Shown here in pieces: positions 1-23,455 of a stretch of DNA of 64,000 nucleotides (position 1 is the first letter of the stretch; every line of letters begins with the position of its first letter). Position numbers and translations under genes: made by a program. The notes under the pieces are model-generated. The model was not told the DNA's origin. It saw only the letters and a list, made by a program, of their open reading frames with translations, and did not search any database. The DNA is from Macrostomum lignano (Eukaryota). The stretch is taken from NCBI GenBank assembly GCA_002269645.1, contig NIVC01000143.1:310001-374000 (forward strand), read 5' to 3'.

Positions 1-1117
1 CGAGCTTGGGCCGCCGCAGACGCCCTGTGGCATCCTCTTGAACTGGTACAGCGGCATGCCGGGCCCGGCGCTGAAGGCCGTCTTCTGCCTGTCTTCTGGC
101 TTCATCGGGATTTGAAAGTAGCCGCCGTTCAGGTCGATCACCGAAAAGATCTCGTTGCCAGCCAGCTTGTCCTTGACGAAGAGTCCATCTGCGGGATGCC
201 CTGCGCCGACCGCACCGTCTTCTTGTTCAGCTCGCGGTAGTCGATCGTCAGCCGCAGGTCTCCGTTCTTCTTCCGCACGTACACCGGCGGCGCCACGTAC
301 GGACTGTCCGACTCCTCGATGAAGTCATTGTCGAGCAGCTCCTTGATCAGCTTGTTCACCTCGGGCTCCCAGTGCACCGGCAGCTTCCTTGTAGGGATCC
401 GCACCAGGACATCGTCGATCAGGGTGATGCTGTGCTGTGCTCGTGGCGATCTGTCAGCCCCGGCCGCCTTGAGAAGATTTCGCTGAACTCGTGCACCAGG
501 GCTCGGATGTCTGGATCCTTTACGACGGGCAGGCCGACCTCTTCCGTGCTGAAATCCGGCACCATCTTCTCTTCGAGGTCCTCGAGCTGGCTGTCAGCGT
601 CGAGGTGGCTCACGCCGTCCATCGCGCACGAGCTCCTTGGTGGTGCCTCTGCGCAGTCGCTGAAGTCCAGGCAAATGTTGCAGGCCTTAAAGAAGTCCAG
701 CCCGATTATGACGGCGGCTACCAGGCCTTCCGACACGTAGAATGGATGCCGCCGCTCGATGCCGCCGAGCGACACCGCCAGGCTGGCAACCTGCCGCACC
801 GGCACCGCCTGCTGATTGACTGCCCGCAGCTCCAGGTGCACGCTCTCCAGCTGAACTGGCTGCATGCTTTGCAGGACCCGCTTGTCCACGATTGACACCT
901 GGCTGCCAGAGTCGATCAGCGCCGTGACGTCCGCACCTCCGATCTTGCACTGCAACTTGGATGTCGACGGGTTCGGCCTGATGACGACAGCTGCTGCGCT
1001 GCTGCTGGCTGCGCCTGCACCGCCGCCCTCTGCGCCCCGGAACAGTCCGCTCACGCTGTGGCCCGCGCTCAGAACTGGCCAGGGGTGCGGGCTCCGCCCC
1101 GGCTTGTGCCGTTTCCC
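1..1117 (-). pseudogene. pol: Pol (protease + RT), reached by -1 frameshift and disrupted by further frameshifts
   Basis: Protease frame 419-1117, RT in another frame 138-404, and RT motifs resume in further frames below ~180 and ~115. A 5-nt duplication (CACAG CACAG) at ~425-440 breaks the frame. Confidence 0.8.
1061..1117 (-). promoter_or_regulatory. -1 programmed ribosomal frameshift signal: G GGA AAC slippery site + H-type pseudoknot
   Basis: Heptamer 1117-1111 in gag frame; 7-nt spacer; stem 1 GCCGGGG (1103-1097)/CCCUGGC (1084-1078); stem 2 GCCCGC (1092-1087)/GCGGGC (1066-1061); pol is in the -1 frame. Confidence 0.85.
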
Positions 1118-1851
1118 GACGGCTGCTTGCAGTTCCTGGCGATGTGGCCGCGGCGGTTGCAGTTCCAGCAGGTCACCTCGCGCCGTCTCCTCACACTGCG
1201 AACCGCGCAGGAGTCCAAAGCCTCTGAGCCCAGCTTCGCCACCAGATCTTGGCGAAGCGAGCTGACCGCAGCCCTTAGATCTGCCGTCTCGGCGCTGCCG
1301 CACGCAGTTCCGGCTGCCGCCGCGAGAGGCTGCCGGCTTCCATCCGTGGTGGCAGAAGGCAGCTCCAGCAGCAGTTGTGCCCGCGCAAGAGCGTCACTCG
1401 CCGTCTTGACTGTCGCATCGGCTCTGATCTGCCTGCTGACATCCGCCGGCAGTCCGCGGATGAAGTGATGGGTCAGCATGGTGTCCGTGGCATCCTTGTT
1501 GCAGATGCCAGCGTCCTTGAGCAGCTGCTTCAGGTGGTATAGGAACAGCCGGGGAGGTTCACCAGGCAGCAGCTTCCGGCTCCCGAATGCCTCCAGCGCT
1601 GAGAAGTGCTGGCTGTCTGGGTGGAAGGCCTTGGTTAATGCTTTGGTCACCTGACTGTAGTCGCTCTTGTCCTTGTCGCCGAGCTCAAGGAAGACCACCA
1701 GAGCCTCGCCATCCAGAAACGTTGGCAGATGCAAGTGTTTGTCGTTTATCCACTTGTTGGCTGCCGCACACAGCTCAAACCGCTGCAGCCATTCACTAAA
1801 GTTGCCAGAGCTAAAAGTTCTCGGAATTGCGCGGTGGCTGCCCTCTGCCAT
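1069..1851 (-). CDS. gag: Gag polyprotein of the gypsy element
   Basis: Open frame from ATG 1851 (MAEGSHRAIPRTFSSGNFSEWLQRFELCAAANKW...) with a C-terminal CX2CX4HX4C zinc knuckle. Confidence 0.9.
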   Translation of the reverse strand: MAEGSHRAIPRTFSSGNFSEWLQRFELCAAANKWINDKHLHLPTFLDGEALVVFLELGDKDKSDYSQVTKALTKAFHPDSQHFSALEAFGSRKLLPGEPPRLFLYHLKQLLKDAGICNKDATDTMLTHHFIRGLPADVSRQIRADATVKTASDALARAQLLLELPSATTDGSRQPLAAAAGTACGSAETADLRAAVSSLRQDLVAKLGSEALDSCAVRSVRRRREVTCWNCNRRGHIARNCKQPSGNGTSRGGARTPGQF

Positions 1852-1857
1852 TCTGAG

Positions 1858-1868
1858 CTCTGCTACCA
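1858..1868 (-). promoter_or_regulatory. Primer binding site complementary to the tRNA-iMet 3' end
   Basis: Minus strand TGGTAGCAGAG lies 2 nt inside the LTR. Animal initiator tRNA-Met ends ...CUCUGCUACCA (established). Confidence 0.85.
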
Positions 1869-1870
1869 CT

Positions 1871-1990
1871 TGTAACGCGCGGTATTTGGCAGTGTAGAAA
1901 AATCAACGAAGACCCCGTGGGGCAGTGATGGCTATATTTATGCGACTCAACAATGTACATACTGAGAGCGAACGTACATTACGAGCTACA
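1871..1990 (-). repeat. 5' LTR (120 bp) of the gypsy element
   Basis: Begins TGTAAC and ends GCTACA on plus (TG...CA on both strands); TATA-like TAAATATAG on minus at ~1932-1940; abuts the PBS with a 2-nt spacer. Confidence 0.85.
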
Positions 1991-2420
1991 ATTATTCAGC
2001 AAAATTTGTCAATACGATACCTGCAGTTCAAGAATTCTGCCAATGAGGCGAGGAATAAAACAATTACTTAAATACAAGCGAAAAATCCGAGCTGAAACCT
2101 CAGACTCGGAGCAGCCTTAGGAGATCTTACGCTTAGCCAGAGCTACCAAGCAAGGCTAATATCTCTGAGTTATTTGAGTCTGCTAATTGATTATTGAGAG
2201 CTGTGTCATTGCCGGCCGTTACTGATCAGTCGAATTCTACTGATCTATTGAATTTGAGGCCTCCCTATTCCTAAAGGATTGGATAGGATCTGCGAACCGA
2301 TTCCGATACTCTTAGTCGATTATCGATCAATTGATTTTGGTACCCTAGAGTAACCGATAGGAGCACACGACTCCGATTCCGTTATTTTTAGAAGACGCCT
2401 TTTCTGGTGGACCTCGTTAT

Positions 2421-2923
2421 TGTTATAGAGTTGACTTTGTTATTAGGGCGCATCTCTGCACTCGAGGAATATATTGATTTCTGCACCAGAGGAATATATT
2501 GACGTCGGCGGACTAACATATTAAGCTCTCATATTCGACCGATTCTAGAATTCAAGAAGACTACTCAGGAGGAAGACCGAACAGAGGAGACGAGCTCTAC
2601 GGACCCGCCCGACAAAGAAGAGGAGCCCGAATCAGTAAGTGATCACAGAAATCCGTTCCCAGGCTTGTAGTCTGGAATTGGGAGTTTTCGAGTGACTAAT
2701 CCCCGCTTTAAAACTCTTCATGGGATTTGAAGCGTCGTGCGCGCATCTCACCTTAACTGCTACAAGTGATACGCTTGTCAAACATTCGGGAATTACTCGG
2801 GGAGTTTGGTCCCAGCTGACTCAGCGTCGTTTGCGAGTAGATTAGGGTGACCGCAGCATTAGGGTCCACATTGGAGCCCGAGTTAGAGGTGAATTTCGCT
2901 GGGATTCTTCCATAAACGCGACA
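2421..2923. mobile_element. Possible solo LTR (503 bp)
   Basis: TGT...ACA ends flanked by an identical 5-mer GTTAT (2416-2420 and 2924-2928). No second copy in the window, so a chance match is not excluded. Confidence 0.35.
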
Positions 2924-2953
2924 GTTATAAGAAAACTAAACCGCACTACGAAC

Positions 2954-5593
2954 TCACCCCGCTCCGGTGGGATCCAGCAGCCGCAGCACCTGCCGCTGCT
3001 CAAATCGCTGTGCCACCTGCTCACACGTCTGACCCCGACCGTCTCGATGACTCGCATCCGCTCCTCTGTCCAGCAGAGCCTTGGCTGCTCGCGCGTGACC
3101 GGCTTCGCACGCTCGTGACAGAGCGGTCCGACCCTGACTGTCTTCAGCACGCACTGACGCACCGAGATCGATGAGTTTCTCAATGAGCTCGTGATAACCT
3201 GCATCAGCTGCCAGCATGAGAGCAGTGGCTCCAGTGCTGTCTGGCAGATCGACATGCCCTGTGCTGACTCGCTCATCATTGATCAGTGTGACAGCAAGAG
3301 CAACGTGTCTTTGAGAGATGGAGAGACGGAGCAGCTGTGTGATGTGAGCTGGCTGCATTCGAGAGAGGGTGTCGGTGAGAACAGAGTTCCTGCCTTCGAT
3401 GGCCATTGCTGCAGTGAAGCTGAGGATGGCGCTGGATTGGAAGAGCCAGTCGGGCTCGAGGCCGAGGAAGGAAACGACATCTTCGTGAAGACGAGAGCAA
3501 GCCTTGACTGCGCATTGGAAACAGAAATACGCTCTCTGATCCGAACTCGAGAAGCACGAGATGAGGAACTTGACGACTTCCAATTGACCCTTCATTGCAG
3601 CAGATTCGGCAGCTTGGATGCAGAAATCATCTTTTTTAGTTTGGTCAGCGACTGTCTGGACAAGAAACTTGACGACTTCTAGGTGACCATTTCTTGCAGC
3701 AACTTGGGCAGCTTGGATGCAGAAATCATCTTTTTTAGTTTGGTCAGCGACTGTCTGGACAAGAAACTTGACGACTTCTAGGTGACAATTTCTTGCAGCA
3801 ACTTGGGCAGCTTGGATGCAGAAATCATCTTTTTTAGTTTGGTCAGCGACTGTCTGGACAAGAAACTTGACGACTTCTAGGTGACAATTTCTTGCAGCAA
3901 CTTGGGCAGCTTGGATGCATAAATCATCTTTTTTAGTTATGTCAGCGACTGTCTGGATAAGAAACTTGACGACTTCCCATTGACCAAAGATTGCAGCAGA
4001 TTTGGCAGCTTGGATGCAGAAATCATCTTTTTTAGTTTGGTCAGCGACTGTCTGGACAATAAACTTGACGACTTCTAGGTGACCCTCCATTGCAGCAGAT
4101 TTGGCAGCTTGGATGCAGAAATCATCTTTTTTAGTTTGGTCAGCGACTGTCTGGACAAGAAACTTGACGACTTCCCATTGACCATTGAATGCAGCAGATT
4201 TGGCAGCTTGGATGCATAAATCATCTTTTTTAGTTTGGTCATCGACTGTCTGGACAAGAAACTTGACGACTTCTAGGTGACCATTTCTTGCAGCAACTTG
4301 GGCAGCTTGGATGCAGAAATCATCTTTTTTAGTTTGGTCAGCGACTGTCTGGACAAGAAACTTGACGACTTCTAGGTGACAATTTCTTGCAGCAACTTGG
4401 GCAGCTTGGATGCAGAAATCATCTTTTTTAGTTTGGTCAGCGACTGTCTGGACAAGAAACTTGACGACTTCTAGGTGACAATTTCTTGCAGCAACTTGGG
4501 CAGCTTGGATGCATAAATCATCTTTTTTAGTTATGTCAGCGACTGTCTGGATAAGAAACTTGACGACTTCTAGGTGACCCTCCATTGCAGCAGATTTGGC
4601 AGCTTGGATGCAGAAATCATCTTTTTTAGTTTGGTCAGCGACTGTCTGGACAAGAAACTTGACGACTTCCCATTGACCATTGAATGCAGCAGATTTGGCA
4701 GCTTGGATGCATAAATCATCTTTTTTAGTTTGGTCAGCGACTGTCTGGACAAGAAACTTGACGACTTCTAGGTGACCATTGAATGCAGCAGATTGGACAG
4801 ATTGGATGCAGGAATCATCTTTTTTAGTTTGGTCATCGACTGTCTGGACAAGAAACTTGACGATTTCTAGGTGCCCAATCCTTGCAGCAGATTCTGCAGC
4901 ATCGATGCAGAAATCAACTCTTTTTGTTTGGTCAGCGACTTTCGGCACGAGAAACTTTACGTCTTCCCACTGATTATACCTTGCAGCATATATAGCAGCG
5001 TCGATGCACCAATCATCTATTTTTGTTTGGTCAGCGACTGTCGCCACCAGAATCTTGATGACTTGTAACTCACCATTTATCGGAAGAGATATTTCAACCG
5101 CAATTCTGTGCACGAGAAACTTGACGACTTCCCACTCATTATTTCTTGAAGCATATATAGCAGCGTCGATGCACCAATCATCTATTTTTGTTTGGTCAAC
5201 CACTGTCGGAAAAAGTAACTTTACGATGTTAAAATGACCATTTCTTGCAGCACATTCTGCAGCTTTGATGCAGCAATCATCTCTTTTTGTTTGGTCTGCA
5301 ACTTTCGGAACGAGAAAACTTACGATCTCAGAGTAACCATTTCTTGCAGCAGATTCTGCAGCTTTGATGCAGCAATCATCTCGTTTTGTCTCGTCAGCGA
5401 CATTTGGTAGGAGAAGCTTGATGACCTCCAACTGACCATGCTCTGCAGCTAGTCCAATATTTTCTATGCAAAATTGGGTCTTCCATGTTTGTAGGGGGCA
5501 AAGCTGCAGTTGAGCTATCACTGCTGCGATGTTGCCGCTGGTGACAGCCCGATGGGTTGGGACAAAATTGCTAACGCTGAGGTGTTGGCCCAT
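2954..5593 (-). CDS. Ankyrin-repeat protein (~19-20 tandem 33-aa divergent ANK-like repeats + canonical C-terminal ANK repeats)
   Basis: 879-aa ORF; 99-bp DNA period; consensus LEVVKFLVQTVADQTKKDDFCIQAAxxAAxxGH; C-terminal GATALMLAADAGYHELIEKLIDLGA and GRTALSRACEAGH. May be spliced onward at a GTGAGT donor (2957-2952). Confidence 0.9.
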   Translation of the reverse strand: MGQHLSVSNFVPTHRAVTSGNIAAVIAQLQLCPLQTWKTQFCIENIGLAAEHGQLEVIKLLLPNVADETKRDDCCIKAAESAARNGYSEIVSFLVPKVADQTKRDDCCIKAAECAARNGHFNIVKLLFPTVVDQTKIDDWCIDAAIYASRNNEWEVVKFLVHRIAVEISLPINGELQVIKILVATVADQTKIDDWCIDAAIYAARYNQWEDVKFLVPKVADQTKRVDFCIDAAESAARIGHLEIVKFLVQTVDDQTKKDDSCIQSVQSAAFNGHLEVVKFLVQTVADQTKKDDLCIQAAKSAAFNGQWEVVKFLVQTVADQTKKDDFCIQAAKSAAMEGHLEVVKFLIQTVADITKKDDLCIQAAQVAARNCHLEVVKFLVQTVADQTKKDDFCIQAAQVAARNCHLEVVKFLVQTVADQTKKDDFCIQAAQVAARNGHLEVVKFLVQTVDDQTKKDDLCIQAAKSAAFNGQWEVVKFLVQTVADQTKKDDFCIQAAKSAAMEGHLEVVKFIVQTVADQTKKDDFCIQAAKSAAIFGQWEVVKFLIQTVADITKKDDLCIQAAQVAARNCHLEVVKFLVQTVADQTKKDDFCIQAAQVAARNCHLEVVKFLVQTVADQTKKDDFCIQAAQVAARNGHLEVVKFLVQTVADQTKKDDFCIQAAESAAMKGQLEVVKFLISCFSSSDQRAYFCFQCAVKACSRLHEDVVSFLGLEPDWLFQSSAILSFTAAMAIEGRNSVLTDTLSRMQPAHITQLLRLSISQRHVALAVTLINDERVSTGHVDLPDSTGATALMLAADAGYHELIEKLIDLGASVRAEDSQGRTALSRACEAGHARAAKALLDRGADASHRDGRGQTCEQVAQRFEQRQVLRLLDPTGAG

Positions 5594-5631
5594 TGTGCGG
5601 CTGTTGATAGCTAGTTAGCTGCCGTGGTAAA

Positions 5632-5740
5632 CTGTGAAGTATAGGAGAGGGGAAAGAGTAGAGGAAAGAGAATGATCGGACAAATAAATGGAGTAAGGAG
5701 GCGATGGAGGTAAGAGAGGTGTAAATCTGATGAATCCTAC
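5632..5740 (-). other. Probable 5'UTR intron of the ankyrin gene
   Basis: Minus strand CAG|GTAGGA donor at 5740, long pyrimidine tract, then TTCACAG acceptor at 5632; an in-frame TAA precedes ATG 5593. Confidence 0.55.
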
Positions 5741-5780
5741 CTGTGATTTTTGGCTGCTGTCAGAGTAACTGTCACAATTT

Positions 5781-6062
5781 AGATGTCAGTCACGGCTGCA
5801 GTCAGAGCGGCAGATGTCAGTCACGGCTGCAGTCAGAGCGGCAGATGTCAGTCACGGCTGCTGTCAGAGTGGCAGATGTCAGTCACGGCTGCAGTCAGAG
5901 TGGCAGATGTCAGTCACGGCTGCAGTCAGAGTGGCAGATGTCAGTCACGGCTGCTGTCAGAGTGGCAGATGTCAGTCACGGCTGCTGTCAGAGCGGCAGA
6001 TGTCAGTCACGGCTGCAGTCAGAGCGGCAGATGTCAGTCACGGCTGCTGTCAGAGCGGCAGG
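5781..6062. repeat. 31-bp minisatellite (GATGTCAGTCACGGCTGCAGTCAGAGCGGCA), ~9 copies
   Basis: Direct reading; the three overlapping ORFs cycle through frames as expected for a 31-bp unit. Confidence 0.95.
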
Positions 6063-6644
6063 TGTTTCACATGTTTGTGCAGCCGGTTGCCAGAAAGATT
6101 TTACCGCCTCATCTCTCAGCTGCCGCCCTTTTGCAGCCTCTGGCAAGGCCGACCACCCCCGGGCCTTAGCAACCAAAACTTCTCTCCCGAGCATGACCGC
6201 TGAGTCCGCCGCCTTCGCCTCTGTGCACCCAGCATGGCAACGGAGAGGCTGCGGCTGCAGCGGCCACCCCAAGCTGTACTTGATGAGGCTGAGCTGACCC
6301 ATTGTGCCTCAGTGCAGTGTGAGATCATTAAATGCATTTAATGGCCTACTGAGCGGTTTGAAATGCTGCTCAGTCCCTCACCTGTACTCAGTGTGTTTTG
6401 GTCTATTCAAAGCAAAACAATGAATGGCTTTAAATCGCATCAGTTGGCAAGCAGCTCGGCTCTCTGCCCCCCTCTCTCTCTCTGTCTCACCCTCACTGCC
6501 GACCCGCCACTCCTTCCAGTGCGAATTGAGACAAAGGGCTCAGGTGCGCTGCTGGCGCCTCCGCGTTGATGCCATCAAGATGGCACCCGTCAGTGTAATG
6601 GCGTCTGGTGGTGTCCAGGACCTGTGACGCTCGTCTTCGCCCGA

Positions 6645-9010
6645 CACCCAAGTGCTCAGGTCCCAGCTGCCCAGAGTGACAGATCACAGTGCTCAGGTCC
6701 CAGCTGCCCAGAGTGACAGATCACAGTGCTCAGGTCCCAGCTGCCCAGAGTGACAGATCACAGTGCTCAGGTCCCAGCTGCCCAGAGTGACAGATCACAG
6801 TGCTCAGGTCCCAGCCCAGAGTGACAGATCACAGTGCTCAGGTCCCAGCCCAGAGTGACAGATCACAGTGCTCAGGTCCCAGCCCAGAGTGACAGATCAC
6901 AGTGCTCAGGTCCCAGCCCAGAGTAACAGATCACATTGCTCAGGTCCCTGCACAGAGTGACAGATCACAGTGCTCAGGTTCCAGCCCAGAGTGACAAATC
7001 ACAGTGCTCAGGTCCCAGCCCAGAGTGACAGATCACAGTGCTTAGGTCCCAGCCCAGAGTGACAGATCACAGTGCTCAGGTCCCAGCCCAGAGTGACAGA
7101 TCACAGTGCTCAGTATAATAGTTAGAAATCTCAAGTTATACTCTCTCTGAGTTAGAAGATAGATAGAAATTTATGAAATACCCTGGCGCAGGGAGGGGCG
7201 AGGCAGAAGAGCACAATGGAACCCTTAGTTAGTTATTAGAACGGCAAACAGAAGCAGCTTTAAGATAATTAAGCAACTGTCCAGTCAAATTTGAATGGCC
7301 GAATCTAATAAAGCCCCTTTCCATTCCACTCAGCAGCAACACCCCGCCACAGGCACAATGGCTCAAAAACCGGCTAGGAGAAGCACGCTGGAGATTCTGG
7401 CGCACCCTGAGGGAGGAAAACGTGCGGCCCGCCTACAGACCTCTATCCAACCCGAAGCCGCCCAAGAAGGCGAGATCAACCCCAAGCAGCTTGACAACCG
7501 AGAGAAAGAGGACTGTTTAATCATCCATGGACAGAGTTAAGAGACGGAAAACCAAGCTCTTTTTCTATAATCTTTCTATCTCAAACTTTATCCAACTCAA
7601 CACAGAGATTTGTGAAACCCCGAATAATCTCTAACCCTCACACTTAGCAACCTACTAGAACTAACTAAATTCGTGTACAACTGGGGTACTGAGTCTCAGA
7701 TTTTATTGCTTAAACCCCCCCCGCCGTTGCTAACCACGCGAAGACACCCGACCGGCGGCGGGGGAGGTAAAAAATGCCAATCTGTATAAAATAGACGCCC
7801 ATCTCTCCAAACTGGAGCGGAGCTTCTTTCTTGCGCGGTTTCAGATCTCAACTCGCTCCATTTGTGTTGGTCTCTGGATTGTCTAGTTGGCTCAAATCCG
7901 AATCTTCAATCCAATTATTTGTCTTAAAGGTTGCACCGAGCAAATATTCGTGTGGTTCAAATTCAGCCTAGTTACTGGGAGATCCCGTCAGTTTATTCGG
8001 TTTCCTCTGACGGCCTGGAAGGAGAATCAAAGAGCTGTACGAACCTTAGACCACTAGACCCACATCATAGAAAGTGAGAAACGCAAAGGCCTCAGAGGAA
8101 AATGCGTATACTCAGATCCCAGCTGCCCAGAGTGACAGATCACAGTGCTCAAGTCCCAGTCCAGAGTGACAGATCACAGCTAGTGCTCAAGTCCCAGTCC
8201 AGAGTGACAGATCACAGTGCTCAGGTCCCAGCCCAGAGTGACAGATCACAGTGCTCAAGTCCCAGTCCAGAGTGACAGATCACAGTGCTCAGGTCCCAGT
8301 CCAGAGTGACAGATCACAGCTAGTGCTCAAGTCCCAGTCCAGAGTGACAGATCACAGCTAGTGCTCAAGTCCCAGTCCAGAGTGACAGATCACAGCTAGT
8401 GCTCAAGTCCCAGTCCAGAGTGACAGATCACAGCTAGTGCTCAAGTCCCAGTCCAGAGTGACAGATCACAGCTAGTGCTCAAGTCCAAGCCCAGAGTGAC
8501 AGATCACAGTGCTCAAGTCCCAGTCCAGAGTGACAGATCACAGCTAGTGCTCAGGTCCAAGTCCAGAGTGACAGATCACAGTGCTCAGGTCCCAGCCCAG
8601 AGTGACAGATCACAGTGCTCAGGTCCCAGCCCAGAGTGACAGATCACAGTGCTCAGGTCCCAGCCCAGAGTGACAGATCACAGTGCTCAAGTCCCAGTCT
8701 AGTGTGACAGATCACAGAGCTAAGGTCCCAGTCCAGAGTGACAGATCACAGTGCTCAAGTCCCAGTCCAGAGTGACAGATCACAGCTAGTGCTCAGGTCC
8801 AAGTCCAGAGTGACAGATCACAGTGCTCAGGTCCCAGCCCAGAGTGACAGATCACAGTGCTCAGGTCCCAGCTGCCCAGAGTGACAGATCACAGTGCTCA
8901 GGTCCCAGCCCAGAGTGACAGATCACAGTGCTCAGGTCCCAGCCCAGAGTGACAGATCACAGTGCTCAAGTCCCAGTCCAGAGTGACAGATCACAGTGCT
9001 GAGTCCCAGT
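6645..9010. repeat. 34/37-bp minisatellite (CACAGTGCTCAGGTCCCAGCCCAGAGTGACAGAT), interrupted at 7114-8110
   Basis: Direct reading; variants with CTG or CTA insertions. Confidence 0.95.
7114..8110. mobile_element. 997-bp insertion with 5-bp TSD (CTCAG) and TAT...ATA ends; solo-LTR-like
   Basis: Unique sequence splits one satellite unit: ...GTG CTCAG [TATAATAG...GCGTATA] CTCAG ATCCCAGC; internal TATAAAA (~7785) and a GC-rich hairpin at ~7714-7766. Confidence 0.7.
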
Positions 9011-9084
9011 GCTCATGCTCTGTCAGATTGAGTGAGTCATCTTCTCAAAGTCCATCGAAGACCTGGTTTTTTCACCAGGGCCCA

Positions 9085-9820
9085 CGTCACTCTTGAACTC
9101 ATCAATGGTCACTCTTGGACTCATCAATGGTCACTCTTGGACTCATCAATGGTCACTCTTGGACTCATCAATGGTCACTCTTGGACTCATCAATGGTCAC
9201 TCTTGGACTCATCAATGGTCACTCTTGGACTCATCAATGGTCACTCTTGGACTCATCAATGGTCACTCTTGGACTCATCAATGGTCACTCTTGGACTCAT
9301 CAATGGTCACTCTTGGACTCATCAATGGTCACTCCTGAACTCACCAATGGTCACTCTTGAACTTATCAATGGTCACTCTTGAACTCATCAATGGTCACTC
9401 TTGAACTCATCAATGGTCACTCTTGAACTCATCAATGGTCACTCTTGAACTCATCAATGGTCACTCTTGAACTCATCAATGGTCACTCTTGAACTCATCA
9501 ATGGTCACTCTTGAACTCATCAATGGTCACTCTTGAACTCATCAATGGTCACTCTTGAACTCATCAATGGTCACTCTTGGACTCATCAATGGTCACTCTT
9601 GGACTCATCAATGGTCACTCTTGGACTCATCAATGGTCACTCTTGGACTCATCAATGGTCACTCTTGGACTCATCAATGGTCACTCTTGGACTCATCAAT
9701 GGTCACTCCTGAACTCACCAATGGTCACTCTTGAACTCATCAATGGTCACTCTTGAGCTTATCAATGGTCACTCTAATTGAACTCATCAATGGTCACTCT
9801 TGGACTCATCAATGGTCACT
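9085..9820. repeat. 22-bp minisatellite (ACTCATCAATGGTCACTCTTGG/GA), ~33 copies
   Basis: Direct reading. Confidence 0.95.
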
Positions 9821-10311
9821 TGGTGTGTAAGTCTCAGATTTCAGAATTGGTTCAAGAACTACTTTGATATTAACGATACTTAAGACCCTTGGATGGGTCT
9901 GTTGGAGGTTCACTCACATGGTACGAGCATATATCTTTATACTTTAGCTACAAAATAAAAAACAATAATAAATTTCGTTTGTCCTTCAGTTCCGTGTCCT
10001 CATCAGCAGTGAAAGTTACTCGTAAAAGATTCAAAATATTCGAAACGATAAATTGAACATTTGGTTTATTGGTAGGAAAAGTTTCATGCAGTGATAACAG
10101 AAAAAAGCATGCAGTTTCAACTTTACAGGTACAATCTGCCAGAGTTGATTAAGGCACAGGTGATACAGATAACGCCTCAGTTGAAGATCTCTCCATCACA
10201 ATGTCGTGAAAAAGGAAAAAGTAACATATAAAAAAATCCAAACTTGCTCAAATAATTGGTATTTGAAAGGTCGCTAACGCAATGTCTCATTGAACGTCCT
10301 GCAGTGCTGCT

Positions 10312-23455
<13,144 letters not shown>

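Larger units (their letters stand above)
1..1990 (-). mobile_element. Ty3/gypsy LTR retrotransposon, 5' part (LTR-PBS-gag-protease-RT); continues beyond window start
   Basis: TG...CA LTR 1871-1990, PBS, gag with CCHC knuckle (CWNCNRRGHIARNC), aspartic protease (LIDSGSQVSIV...IIGLDF), then RT motifs (SPYVAPPVYVRKKNGDLRLTIDYRELN; FSVIDLNGGY; KTAF...YQFKRMPQG). PR-RT order and motifs fit Ty3/gypsy. Confidence 0.95.

Noticed and set aside
9020-9040. 5-nt micro-exon pattern (CTGTCAG ATTGA GTGAGT) on plus
   Set aside because: No plus-strand host gene could be built around it.
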